A stretch of DNA of 64,000 nt from Octopus vulgaris. Lineage: Eukaryota. Under the pieces are notes generated by a model, which saw only the letters and a list, made by a program, of their open reading frames with translations, had not been told where the DNA came from and did no database searches. Location: positions 99,386,001 through 99,450,000 of the forward strand of contig OX597818.1 of NCBI GenBank assembly GCA_951406725.2, given 5' to 3'. This document shows positions 1 to 14,540 of the stretch, in pieces; position 1 is the first letter of the stretch, and each line of letters starts with the position of its first letter. The position numbers and the translations under genes are program-made.

Positions 1-50
1 TCATCACACTATTGAACTTCTCTGTTACCAAACACTATATTTATACATGT

Positions 51-190
51 AATGTGACAATTATGTATAAAAAAACATTTTTGAATTCATAATATCCAAT
101 GTGACAATTATGTAAAAAACTTTTTTGAATGCATAATATTCAATGTGACAATTATGTAAAAAACTTTTTTGAACCCATATTATTCAATGT
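51..190. repeat. Minisatellite, three ~45-bp units
   Basis: aatgtgacaattatgta.aaaaac.ttttttgaa..cata.tat.c starts at 51, 98 and 142. Confidence 0.9.
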
Positions 191-321
191 TTCCTTAAAT
201 GTAACTTTTGACAATCTTTTACCAAAGAGTGAAACCGGTTAAGTAAATAAACATCGTTTAAATTGCATTTTCAAACCTTTTTTCTTATATAATCCCACTC
301 GTGCGATACCCCACAACTCAA

Positions 322-381
<60 letters not shown>

Positions 382-626
382 CATACATACATACATACAT
401 ACACGCACACATATATCCCTTAAAGCGCGCGCACTCTCACACACGAAGGGGATAACAGGAAGGAATAATGCCTGCTAAAGACTGGATCAAAGAACCTGGA
501 TATTCCCTTGGCAGCAGAGATGCTGTTCGGCATCGCTGGTGGGGATAATATTAATGGGAAGTGTCAAATTCCTGTACGTCTCTAGTTGTCTAATCATGAG
601 GGAGTGTCCCGTAGCCCAAGCTGCAA

Positions 627-672
<46 letters not shown>

Positions 673-729
673 TGCATATTAATGTATATATATATATGTA
701 CATGTTTGCAGTGAAATGACTGAAACAAG

Positions 730-777
<48 letters not shown>

Positions 778-808
778 TTGTATACATTTATATATGCGCA
801 TTTATGAG

Positions 809-872
<64 letters not shown>

Positions 873-901
873 TCTGTATATATATATATATATATATACA
901 T

Positions 902-1116
902 ATACTTTATTTAAAGCAGCAGAAAATTCAACAAAATCTGTTACTCTGAGTTTCTCGTTGCCGTTCATCACACAGTTTTTGCTAGAAAAAACTGTCTGAT
1001 GAACGGCAACGAGATTTTTGTTGAATTTTCTGGTGCTTTAAATAAAGCATATTACTCTACCATTGGTATTTGAGTACTCTTTTTTCCACCTTGTTTCACA
1101 TTTATGTGTTTACTCC

Positions 1117-1119
<3 letters not shown>
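902..1119. mobile_element. Foldback of two divergent hammerhead-bearing copies (Penelope-like pLTR remnant) inserted in (TA)n
   Basis: 902-980 is the reverse complement of 986-1050. The minus copy (938-975) reads CUGU GUGAUGA ACG-GCAA-CGA GAAA CUC-A-GAG UA ACAG. The plus copy has an intact CUGAUGA (996-1002) but has lost about 16 nt covering the rest of GAAA, stem III and the cut site. Confidence 0.7.
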
Positions 1120-1174
<55 letters not shown>

Positions 1175-1214
1175 TATATAGGGAGAGAGAGACACACACA
1201 CAGGGAGAGACAGG

Positions 1215-1247
<33 letters not shown>

Positions 1248-1313
1248 TGTGAAAGAGAAAGAGAGAGAGAGAGGTAGAGAGAGAGAGGAAGATAGAGAGA
1301 GAGAGAGAAAGAA

Positions 1314-1350
<37 letters not shown>

Positions 1351-1914
1351 TATTTCTATATGTAGATGACTAAATATGTATCTGCTCGCCGATAATACAT
1401 GAATATGCATAATTTTGTATTATACAAACGGCTATTTTCAGTATCTTAAAATGTGTATTCATGTCTTGTATATATAAAAAAAGACGAATACATGTCTATT
1501 CTTGTCGATAATATAGTTCTATGCATGTTAGATATACACATACGTAAATGAATGTATCATAGTTCATTATGTCATGAAAACCTTGGAGAAGAGATCATTA
1601 TGTTTGTTAACTTCGCGGTCCCAATCTTAGCTAAAATTTTGTTCAATATTATATGAATTTGTACGGCCAATGGGCAAGTCTCTTTCTGTAGCAATAAGCA
1701 TGCATTTATAAGTCAAATTCTTCTCTTCAGACAAAACGTTAACATTTTGTCTAAGAGAAAGGCGCATTATTTTTCCCCTCATCTCTAGTGAGATAAACCG
1801 AGATGAAGTCAACATTAAACCTAAGTACATCTGGAGGGTATTTCCTCTATTTTCCGAGCAACAAGCTAATGTAGTCAATAACTAATATTAGTATATTATT
1901 TTTCTCATCATGTA

Positions 1915-2330
1915 GGCGTAGGAGTGGCTGTGTGGTAAGTAGCTTGCTTACCAACTACATGGTTCCGGGTTCAATCCCACTGCGTGGCACCTTGGGCAAG
2001 TGTCTTCTACTATAGCCTCGGACCGAATCAAAGCCTTGTGAGTGGATTTGGTAGACGGAAACTGAAAGAAGCCCGTCGTATATGTATATATGTGCATGTG
2101 TGTGTATATGTGTATATGCTTGTGTGTTTGTGTTTGTCACCCCAACATCGCTTGACAACCGATGCTGGTGTGTTTACGTCCCCGTAATCTAGCGGTTCGG
2201 CAGAAGAGACCGATAGAATAAGTACTAGGCTTACAAAGAATAAGTCCTGGGGTCGATTTTCTCGACAAAAGGCGGTGCTCCAGCATGGCCGCAGTCAAAT
2301 GACTGAAACAAGTAAAAGAGTAAAAGAGTA
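1915..2330 (+). mobile_element. tRNA-derived SINE family A, full length
   Basis: A box (TGGCTGTGTGG), B box (GGTTCAATCCC), CCTTGGGCAAGT CORE-like motif, internal (TA/TG)n and a (GTAAAAGA)n tail. Multiple homologues occur in the window. Confidence 0.9.
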
Positions 2331-3592
2331 TGTAACTATGTTAATTAAAAAGAAAAAAAAACGTTTATATTAAATTTGTAAACACTAACCTATCTAAATG
2401 TTTTTCATGCTTAAGATACCTTTGGATTATTTATTCTAAATTATATTCTATTATCGTGCGTCGGTTAATGTGCCATTTGGTATGTCTATTTACTTTGTGA
2501 TTTTTCTCAACATCAACAATTACCATAAAGAACACACTTAATGAATGGCGTCTGAAGGGGACCTGAAGTATTCAGAGTTATTTCCCGCAGTTGCCTAATT
2601 AATTACATTGACAAATTTGTTGTTCACCTCATGAATATTTTTAATTATCTTTATAGACATCTTTGCATTAATTATTTTAGCACTAAAATACCTATTGAGG
2701 TCGCTTCTACGAAGCCTAATGATTATAAGACTCTTATTTAGATCTAAGACCAGCATTCCACCGACCTCAATACTTGACTGGCAAGTTATTTTCTCGACCC
2801 CGAAAAGATAAAAGGCAAGGTTGACTCGGCGGAATTTGAGCTCGGAATGTAGAGACGAGAAACAAATTAAAAAAAACATTTTCCCAACGTTCTGAGAGTT
2901 GGCTGCCATCAAATGAAATGACGATATTTCCAAACCCTTCCAATTTAAACTCAAGATCTGTGAACCAGTAGTCCAATAGTTTATGCGAGGCGGCATTTCA
3001 GTTTACTCTAACGTAATGGCTATATGCCGGAATTTGTAGAATATGATACTAATAGTTTTTGTTTATTGATTATCCTCATATCAGCCATGTCCAAAAGCCA
3101 ATGATCAATAACCTGCCTTCCTTTTTTATCACGCATACTGTTATAGAGCGGATATACATGTATTAGACAATATAATACATTAGATACTTGCCCGTTATTG
3201 CTCAGTTTCACCTGCAATGATTATTGATGTGTTTATGCATAGGAGTATTTAAATGTCACAGTATGAAAAATATTGTTACCATTTTACATAACGTGCACAG
3301 AAATCACAAGGGAGACAACTTAATTTTTCTAAATTAGTAGTTTCCCTTCTGGTTGCCACATGAGTTCAACACCCCACCTCTTTAACCTGCACTCAAATTT
3401 TACAAATGGTATGACATCCATATGAATAGTCCGGCCACGACCATACCATACCAGTGAAAGTACCGTAACAGACAAATAATTATACTCAGTATACCCATAC
3501 GCATATACACACATCATTACACAAACACGCACATCTGTATTTGTGTTAAGACATTTCAAAATATTTCTATGACTGTCTGTCTGTCATCTGTA

Positions 3593-3629
<37 letters not shown>

Positions 3630-3954
3630 GTGTGTATGTGTGTTTCTCTATGGGTGTAAGCACAAACACACATGCACGCCTGCACACTTGCATGCATGCA
3701 CACACGCGCGTGCAAACACACATAATGTATATAATTGAATATATAGATCAATATGTTTCAACACTTCAGAGAGGAATTAACTCCGTGGCAATCTGATTGT
3801 GATCATGGTTCAAATCATTCGCTTACATCACATAGAAAGTTGTGGAAAATAATAACTATCACAACTTTCCATTTCCATTTAGAAATAAACGAGAGAAATA
3901 TCATTAAATATATGTTATAGAGTATATTTATTTGCTCGAAGCTAGTAATTCCCC

Positions 3955-4055
3955 CTGTCGTTACTCAGAATTTCTCACTCGATGCGAGCTTTTAGGCGAC
4001 AACACAGATGTTGTCGCCTGAACGATCACTTTGAACGTGAAGCTCAGAGAGAATC
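3955..4055. mobile_element. Degenerate divergent pair of hammerhead-like motifs around an 11-bp hairpin
   Basis: Central hairpin AGGCGACAACA-caga-TGTTGTCGCCT (3994-4019). The minus arm ends GAAA UUC-U-GAG UA ACGAC, pairing back to GUCG. The plus arm is CUGAACGA...GAAG CUC-A-GAG. The 5' cores are decayed. (TA)n follows. Confidence 0.4.
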
Positions 4056-4097
4056 ACCAGTTTCAAACAAATATACATACATATATAAATATGTATG

Positions 4098-4175
<78 letters not shown>

Positions 4176-4304
4176 CATATATGCATGCCCATATTACTTA
4201 CATACAAACGTACATAGATACATACACACATACATATACACAAATATATGTACATATATGTGTGCGTTTGCATATGATATATCCATCAAGATTTCTAGAT
4301 TTCT

Positions 4305-4610
<306 letters not shown>

Positions 4611-5289
4611 ACATACATACTTAAGTGCTTCTAGATGTAAATGCAACTATAGGCACACTTGATTGCTGTCTAACTAATGATTAAGACTGATTAATTTGGA
4701 CTTCAGTTTAGATGGAAAAGACAAAAGAAAATATCTCCATTTCTCTGGGTCGATAATTTCATAGAACTGTTCAGTAATGATAGACGCAAGCAGATGTCCC
4801 AGTATTGTTTCGTCTTATATTTCGCTAATAAGCAATATCCCTCCATAGAATTTATTCATAATTCCCAATATAATGACCGCCCTTTCAGACGCTTACTTAG
4901 CACTGATAATTTTTGTATTCCTAGATATGGAAATTATGATTGCTTTTACAAGATTCAGGAGCTTAATTTGACGTTCTAAATACAACGCGTAGCTCTGATA
5001 AGCGCGAAGAGAGTAGAAAGACGTGTTATCATAGAATTATTATATAATATAAAAGAAGTGTATAGATTAACACACTGTTAAAGAGTATTGGAAAAGTGCT
5101 TTACTATATAGATCACTAAGAATACCATTTTACTATTCTAACGATCGTGTGATCTCTCACAGTGTGATCTCTATCATACGCTTCCCCTCTTTTTCCTTTC
5201 TCTTTCTTACTCTCTCTCTCTCTGTATATACATACATACATACACACACACACACATATTATATATATATGTATATATACATACATACA

Positions 5290-5328
<39 letters not shown>

Positions 5329-5347
5329 GCACACACACACACACATA

Positions 5348-5493
5348 GACGTGGTTGATTAGTAAAAAGCTTGCTTCCCAACCACATGGTTTCACGTTCA
5401 AGCCTGCTGCGTGGTATCTTGAAAAAATGTCTACTGCTGTTGCCTCGAGGTGACTAAAGCTTTGTGAGTAGATTTGGTAAACCGAAATTGAAA
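5348..5493 (+). mobile_element. SINE family A, 5' half (similar halves at 17440-17560 and 38345-38498)
   Basis: Head through ggtaaaccgaaattgaaa, then (TA)n. Confidence 0.7.
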
Positions 5494-5569
5494 TATATAT
5501 ATATATATATATAAGAAATTAAAAAAAGGAAAATACGCACACTTACATAGTTTTAATATAATTTTTAAT

Positions 5570-5604
5570 ATATCGACCGGTTTCGCTATCGCTATTCATG
5601 ATAT
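5570..5604 (-). ncRNA. 35-nt minimal type I hammerhead motif with an A3-U8 core pair
   Basis: Minus strand reads AUAUC AUGAAUA GC-GAUA-GC GAAA CCGG UC GAUAU. Stem I is 5 bp, stem III is the palindrome ACCGGU, the triplet is GUC. It lies between two (TA)n tracts. Confidence 0.65.
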
Positions 5605-5609
5605 TATGT

Positions 5610-5650
<41 letters not shown>

Positions 5651-6771
5651 AATTATTTCTAAATCTCTGAACGAGAAGCATTCACTAACAGTACTTGAAA
5701 TTGCAGGCCTTTCTCTAAATTTCGAAAGAATGGTTAAAATGAGCCTGTATGTGTTTGAGTGTGTGCGTACCCCCAATCTTTTTATAGATATTCTTCGTTG
5801 ACAAAATCCTTAAATGCATTTTTTTCAACTTTACGCTCTGATTTCAAATGCTGCCGTGGTCAACATACTTTCGGGATCGATAAAATTAGTACCAGTTGGG
5901 AACTGGGGCCGATGTAATCGACTTATCCAGTCCTTAGAAATTGGAGGCCGTGTGCCAAAATTTTAAACCAATATTCTTTGTTTTCATGCCAACCAAAGAA
6001 TTGATTAAACTTTCGTGTCTTTCTTCATTATGTGAGTATTGAAGTTATCATTTGCTGTGATGCTGGGCTTTGTATAAGAGCAGTGAAACGACAGAATCGT
6101 TAGAGCCACAAGCAAAATGTCAGATAGGTATTTCATTATGGCCATTTACGTTCTCAATTCACATGACACCAAAGTTAAACTCAGTACATGAAAAGACGTA
6201 ACTATATACAGCAAAGAACTTAATTCTGTGTTCTTCTGATGCTACCATTCTGCTGTCTCATAATAAAAAAAAGAAAAAGATTTATAACAAGAAACTAAGG
6301 TCACAAATTCTGGCTACGTCACAGTTCTAGTGCTTCATTGACATTAATAAGAGTAATGATTTCTTTTTCTTTTAATGTCTCAAGTACAACTGATGAGAAA
6401 CATTAGAAGCATATATTACACGAGGGCTGAGGTTCTTCATTGAATATGAACAACAAGTATGCAAAAGAAGAGAAAAAAGAAAGAAAAAAGCATATACAAG
6501 GAAATGAAATAGGACACCGACTAAGGTTTATCAAGGACGTTCACAGATCTTGATTTTTTCCTGATTACCAACTGAGAGTGACCTCTCTGCTGTGGTCTCT
6601 GTTTTACAACCACACTTTTGCAGTTGGTCATTTGAACCACACCAATGTATTAATTCACCAAGAATTTAAATGTATTTTGCTTCAGGTGATGCCGCAAGCG
6701 GTGCATTGAACTTGCCAATCACAAACTGATGTTAGAAAGTTTTCATTTCATAGCAAACATTTTATTTATTC

Positions 6772-6846
<75 letters not shown>

Positions 6847-7857
6847 CTTGAATTAAAGAATGTTCATTTTTTTTTCATCATGAAATATGGTAAAGTCTAA
6901 CTCTTAATCGATTTTGGTGAAAGATACAGACACATATATTAAACATTTCTTTGATATTTTTTTTTATTAATCAGAAATTACTGTATACAAGTCTAACTTT
7001 TATTTCTAAATGGGCACTAAAAAACAAGCCAAACAGTTAAAAAATAAGCCAAATAAAAAAACAACAAAAAAATAAAACAAATAGAATAATTCATATATTT
7101 ATTAATTCTTATTCGTATTAAATTATTTATATGTTTATAGTTTTTAATTTATTTATTACAAATTTTGTAAAAATCTAAAAAGTAATTGAAAATATTAAAA
7201 AAAAAGTTTTATGAGATATGGATTATTTGGTTTTGTTTATAAGTCTCGTCTGTAAGAAATTAAGAAAACAAACAAATCAACAAAACAAATGCGTCTATCT
7301 ATCTTTCCCACATACCCATCTATATACGTTTCATTGTTTTGAAAAAATGTATATGATAAAATAAAATTTTTTAAAAATGACAAAATAAAAAGTAAAAGAA
7401 GGATCGAAACACTATCTCCTCCATCAAATTGTGTTATATCTGTTTATGCAAAGCAACCTATATAGAGAGAATAGAAACCACGTAAGAAAAAAAAGACGGA
7501 CGACAGATAGAAAAGAAAGGACAGAAAAAAAAATCAGTTACTTCATCAATCTATCTGTATATATTTCGCTTCAGAAGAATCGTCTGAAAATACTGTTTTT
7601 TCATTTGATTTGATTTCAATCGGAACAAATACTTGAAATTCATTAGAAATAGAGTCTCATTGGTATGTTTTAAATTGAAAAATGTAAAAGAAAAAAAGAA
7701 ATACTTCTTATTTAATCTTAAATAATCTTAAACCTGGGATTTTTATCTATGTAACTGTAAGAGACGTTGTGATGCTTGTGACTTACCGAAAGTCTTCGAT
7801 TAACATAAAGGAATTGAAATTTAAATCATTTATTTAGTCTGCTGTTGTTGTTATTAT

Positions 7858-8045
7858 TGTTTTAGTCCATGTTATTCCTGATCAAACAGACTTATGATCA
7901 TGGGCGTTCCAACTGTGACCACCGCATCTTTTTTAAGATCTACATAATCTAATGTACCATTTTGCTTGCAAGACTGTAGGATGAGCTTTGAGGGAAAATT
8001 TCTTTGCTATTTTCAGCAAGCCAAGTGGTTGCATATGGATTCCTT
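7858..8045 (+). repeat. Old, highly diverged dispersed repeat (representative copy)
   Basis: The motif chain tttag.cc..g..ctgatc.a.cagac.tatgatca.aggcgttcca.c.gtgacca recurs at about 12680, 22770, 23130, 35600 and 56795 (+), and 13050-13262, 21520-21680, 56910-57090, 58650-58750 and 63420-63560 (-). Confidence 0.55.
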
Positions 8046-8816
8046 TGGCTCGTCTTTAATGTGTATTTTCTCCCTTTATGAAGAAGTGATTTCCATACGG
8101 CCATAATGTTCTACTCACACATAAAACCGGTCGGTTCTTAACTGATTTGAAAATTATTGTTTCATTCTCCTATAGAATGGATTAAGTACCTCATCAAATT
8201 AATTCATTTGATGCTTCTTCAAATGCATCTGTCAGATAAATATTTCTCTATTGAATAATAATGAAAGAAAAAAAATATTTTTAAGCAAATGTTTTTGAGA
8301 AAATGTGTTTAAAAAGGTCAGAAAATAAATGCTGTGTTTGAATGCCGTGAATATCTTCAATTGATCATACATACATACACACATTCACAAATAGAAGCTT
8401 ACTTGCGAGCCTGAACATGTTCATTCGATCTGCAAGAAATACCAGCTAACTTTCCCTTGAACCAGACATTCTCATGAAAAGGGAAAAACACGTTAGAAAA
8501 TGTTACGAGTAAGGCTGACCTGAAGTAAACAACAGCAATACATACACACATACGCATAAATACACAAACACACAAAGAGACGTACACACACACATAAATG
8601 CACACACACACACACTTATACAGTAAATGTTTATAAGAATATCGATAACAACTGACTTTACCTAGCGGATCATACCAACCCAATATTTCATCTTAACATT
8701 GCTGTAAAACGGCCGTTATATTTCCCTAATTGTTTGGAATAATCTAATTGAATTATTGAATTGTTAGAGAGACTAAATGAAAAACCAGAGATAGAGATAG
8801 ATAGATAGATAGATAG

Positions 8817-8882
<66 letters not shown>

Positions 8883-9458
8883 AAAAAAGATCTGAATACA
8901 TGACAATATAGACAAGAATAGTTCAAGTCTATTGTCGATTCGATTGAAAGAACAAAGACAATATTTTGAGAGTAATCCAAACGATAGCAAAGAGCTTTAT
9001 AGAAGCATAAGTTGTTCAACCGAAAGAAGTTTTTATATAGTACCAAATAACGGAAATAGCCAGAGGAAATTGCAATATCCACACATACCCAAACCATATG
9101 TATTCTGAAGGTATAATAAATATAAGGTAATGGGCATATACACATCATATATGTGTGTGTGTGTGCGTGCGTGCGTTCACGTGTGTGCATATGTGAGCGT
9201 CTTTGTTTATGTGTACCTGTGTGTATGTCAATATTTGTGTAGATATAATGTTAATTTAAATTGTGAATAAGTTCAAATACGTATCCTTAATAAATATACC
9301 TTCGGCATTGCTGTTTAAATGGGCCCTGTGGTTAAGCTACAGACTCTCTTCACTCAGCGGGAGTGATTGTATGTTTATGCAACATACATTGTGAAATAAT
9401 TCACAATTTATCCAAACACGCTGTGTCAGTACTTTAGATAACACAGTACATATATATA

Positions 9459-9490
<32 letters not shown>

Positions 9491-9960
9491 TGTATGTGTG
9501 CGCGCGCACAAACACACACATACACACCACACACTCACACACATATATGTATGATAGCATAAGTAGTTCTCATTTTTTTCGTTCCAGGTAAACAATGATT
9601 AACGCACTTGACAGAATATAAATCGTCATATAATATCGAACCTCTCAACACTTAATTAATTACTCCAAAGTATTTTGTACGACGCTGTTACATTTCTTCC
9701 ACCTCAAATGATAAAACTTTCTTACAGTGACACAAGACCATAAATTTCTAGGGGAAGGGGATAAAATTGGCTCAGTTTTTGACTGCTGCGTTACCTTATC
9801 GGCTGATAAAGGATTAAAGGCGAAATTGACTTCGGTGGATTTTGATCTCAGAACAGTAAAAAATATAAATAAATGAATAAATAAATAAAAACATCGTTGC
9901 ATTCCGCAATGTATTTTATCAGACAGAAACAATTCTGCTGACCCTGAAACTATCTCAGCC

Positions 9961-10585
9961 AACTACAATGCGAACATACTGTTGAGCATGTCAGCTCTGA
10001 CAGGGAAATTAAAGATAATGATCCAGGTATTATTATTAAGGACAGCCAAGAAAGAAAGTACTTTCTAATTCAAGTATCAGTCCTCATTGAATGATGCATT
10101 GCTAAAAGAAATGGAGAAATTTATCTCGATAAAAATAACTGAAATATTCATAACCATAATGCGAGAGCTAACAGCAGAAATAATACCTATGACAATAGGC
10201 GCCGTACACAACCAAATCCCAGAGCTTATTATTATACAGATTCAATGATGGGGCGTCCATGTGGTTTCTAGACTTTCAAGAAATATCTAACACTTTGACA
10301 ATAAAAGCCTAATTGGACATATAGTCCTAGATACCCATAACGAAACGCAGTGGTTAAAGTTGGTATGATGTTTGATTATTGATTTGTTCAGTTAGGACAT
10401 ACCTGGGGCTAAATAACAACAACATACAGAAAACAGCATTATTTGGCACCGCACACATATTGCATAGAGTACTTTTTAATACAATAGTAAATACAATAAA
10501 AATCGAACCAAAAATACTGGACATGCCTGACGCACACAGGACAATACTCAGTAGTGCAGTGAAAGCACGCAATAATAAAAAAAAA
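9961..10585 (+). mobile_element. Decayed 3' end of an R4/Dong-type non-LTR retrotransposon (restriction-like endonuclease domain)
   Basis: Broken frames give DREIKDNDPGIIIKDSQERKYFLIQVSV (RPD..D motif region), LKEMEKF and ITIMRELTAEIIPMTIGAV. After a ~150-bp interruption comes IQKTALFGTAHILHRVL, then a short 3' UTR and an A-rich tail. Confidence 0.75.
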
Positions 10586-11057
10586 GACAACTGAAAAAAT
10601 AAAAAATAATTTATCCATATATATTCATTTAATCTCCATAAAACCATTTCGCACATGATCTTAGCTAAAAGGCATACATAACATCATAAACAAAACCCCC
10701 AGCAATTGCTCTTATATTTGCCATAAACCTAAAAGGATCGCAGAGTTTGTGGTTGCCTGTGTGGGAGTTTAGGAGTTAAGGGATTAAAGTAATATCACAC
10801 ATTTCCATATAATATAGAATCCGAATTAGAAGCAGTTCTTTTACTCTGTTATGTTTATTGCACTAACGGAACTGGAATAGTGAGATCTCTTTTATTTTCG
10901 TGATTATATTGGTTTCTTTTGTGTTTTTTTTTTGCTTCGTAATTTTTATTTGGTAATATTTTTTCTACCTTCTCCTCAATCTCAAATGCAGAATTAAGTG
11001 CTAGCCATTACAATTTCTTCTTTGACACCCTTTTAGAAATACACACACACACACATA

Positions 11058-11099
<42 letters not shown>

Positions 11100-11178
11100 C
11101 TTCGCTCTACATCTCTATTTAACCCACATCTCCTCCAGTCACATCCAGCAATTCAAACCACTTTCCTTAGAAATTCAG

Positions 11179-11517
<339 letters not shown>

Positions 11518-12274
11518 AATATGCACGACGCTGAGCCGTCTTTGTTGCTCGCTTGTACAAAAGAAAATAGAAAAGAAAGAAAATGAAAAAGTAGGAAGAG
11601 AAGGCAGAAAGGGAATCAATCAGAACGAAGGGAAATATGAAAGGAATAGAGGAGAAAGAAAAAGAAAAGAAGTTTGGCAACGAAGCGTAGAATAAACTGA
11701 AGGACATCAAAGAAGAAAAAAAGCAACTAATAAAGGATGGAAGAAAGTGGTGAAGTAGAAAGAAGTTAAGGAAAATGAAAGAATGCAAACATGAATCTAA
11801 GAAAGAAGGCTGGAAAGAATGTGTGAACGAATGATAGTAAAAACTATAAAAATGGGAAAAGAACATGAGAAATGGAAAGCAAGGCTGAGGAAGGAGAGAA
11901 AGGACAACAAAACTAATAACAGAAAGTAAGGACCCATGTACGAAAACAGGAAACAGGAAAGCCGGAAAACTGTGAGAGTGAAGGGAGGGGCACTGTCTTG
12001 CAATACTGTTGTCAATTACATCGAGACCCATATTTATGCATTGACTGGTATTTATCAACCTCAAAAAGATAAACAGGAAAGAGAAGACGAATACGACTTA
12101 AATTCTGAATACAAAACGGACGTAACCAAATATCACAAAGTATTTTGTCCGGTGCTCTACTGATTTTTTCATTCACCTTCTCAGAATGAACGATGGGAAT
12201 ATACACTAAGGAAATGCACAAAAAAAAAAGGGAAAAGAAAGGTAAAAGATAAAATACTTTAGTGAGCAGCCTTA

Positions 12275-12535
12275 TAAAATAAAAATAAATGCGCCTTTTT
12301 AAAGCCTAACCAGGCTCATGGGCCTGGGTTCCCGGTTTCTATGGCGTATGTGTTCCCAAGCTGGACGGGACAAGTCCATCGCAGCGTTACTTATTTTTCC
12401 CAGCTGAGTGGATTGGTGCAACGTGAAATGAAGTGTTTTGCTCAAGAACACAACGCGTCGCCCGGTCCAGGAATCGAAACCACAATCTTACGATCATGAT
12501 GCTGACACCCTAACCACTAAGCCATGCGCCTCCAC
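12275..12535 (-). mobile_element. SINE family C (partial third copy at 59795-59900, minus)
   Basis: Reverse complement is colinear with 41228-41495. Confidence 0.85.
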
Positions 12536-13584
12536 TAGTCTTATCATGCGAATGACAATTCATTATTTGATGTGCTATGATAAACAAGTTTTAAATGCCT
12601 CTCCTATATGCTCGCCTTATAAACTCTAATTCAGTTCCGACACTTCAATGTTTTGACAATCTCATGATTATCTCCCTTGTTGTTTAGATCAAGGCTAACT
12701 TTGAGTGGACCTATGATTAAAGGCACTTTTTTTTTGCCCCAGGTGCAGTGAATCTAGTGTGAACCAGTTCCGTATAGCTAAGCCTTCTCTAAAATGTTCC
12801 TTATAGGGGTTGATGAACTATTGCGAATGCAATATATAACTATACCAACGGATATACATTGCATCCGCTGTTTATAATCAGCGAATTGTTCTCTCTTGTC
12901 CTTATTTGCAATATTAGGCAACATGGCATGTCGAAGGTTAAGTGTACTTATGGTGAATACTAGCCCTATAAGCATCGACGCTTCGATTGTCAGTTCTAGT
13001 CCACCACTCGTCCAAACAAGTTCAGCTGAAAGGTGAACAAAGCTAAAAACAAAATATCTGTGCAGTCACTCGATACACTAGATATAGTAGTCGAATTCCT
13101 CTCATAGTCGACCCTACCATCCTTAAAAAGGAGAGGAAACATTATATGATGTAGTCCTTAATACATTATGGATGAAAAAAAGAAATTCAGAGCGCAATGA
13201 TCATAGATAGAACGTTTCAGTCAAAAAGAGAGGTCTGTTTAATCAGTACTGACATCCAGCTAAACAAAATAATCAGATAAGATTATCTTTGTAAGACTTT
13301 ACGTAACCTATATCAGATTTTTAAAAGACCAGTACACTCTTTCAAAAGAAACACCTAATGAAGAACACACTGAGATTTGTGAGTCCTTCTGATTCGAAGC
13401 ACTTTTCGTTCGTCAATGCCGAAAACTTTATTCAACGTCAACGAGACTGCTAGTAATCAGTAATGGATGGCGTAATGGAGAGAATTATGAATTTATGGTA
13501 AATTATCTGCTCTTTACAAAACGCTCACATACCCGCTCATGTACATATACACACAGACACATCTACACACACACACACAGACAC

Positions 13585-13635
<51 letters not shown>

Positions 13636-14444
13636 CATAAAGGCAAAGTGAGACAACTAACCACACAAATGTTTAATTTCTTCCTTACAGTATTCCTTAC
13701 AAGTTACAGCCTCGTTTGGGTTGAATAAAAAAGATTGTAGTGACGAATGTATAATACACAATATTTTTTTAATTCACCGGTTTTGCTATGAATCTTAAAG
13801 TATGTCCGTGCTTAGTTTACTATTCATAAATATTTTTTCAGATAGCTTATGCTTTATTTCATATTGCTTTCTATAATTTGTGGTAAGACTAACGACATCG
13901 CATACACACACGTACACACATGTACACATAAATAAACATAAACACCCGTACATATGTAAAACTATGTGCTATACTACATTATATCATCTAATTCCAGCCA
14001 CCCGTGAGTTAAATATGTTACTAAGATCATCGTATAGAGTCGTCTATGCTAAACCGGGAATACTGTTCCTTCATTTGATAGTCCACATCTTGCGGATTCG
14101 GCGAGCTGTGGCTTTCACATAACTTAGATAATTTAAGTTAATGTATCTCAATTAATTGATGTGACATTCACAAAGACACGATTTATATTGTGTAGTCTCA
14201 AACAAAAGGTCATAGAAAGATTGTCTAGAAATTGACTTTTACTCATAACAACAACAAAATCAACCAAAAACAATTGTTTCTCACATAAGAAATCCAATTT
14301 TAATTGGAAGACTGCTTAAACCAGCTGATAACTCTCTTTGTCTCTCTGTTTCTGTCTGTCTATCTACCTGTCTGTCTGTTTCTATCTTTCTCTAACACGC
14401 ACACGCATCTATGCATTCAAACACACACACACACACACACACAA

Positions 14445-14540
<96 letters not shown>

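Noticed and set aside
487-625. Possible next exon of the Ig gene after a ttttgcag acceptor
   Set aside because: The translation has no Ig2 features and reaches a stop.
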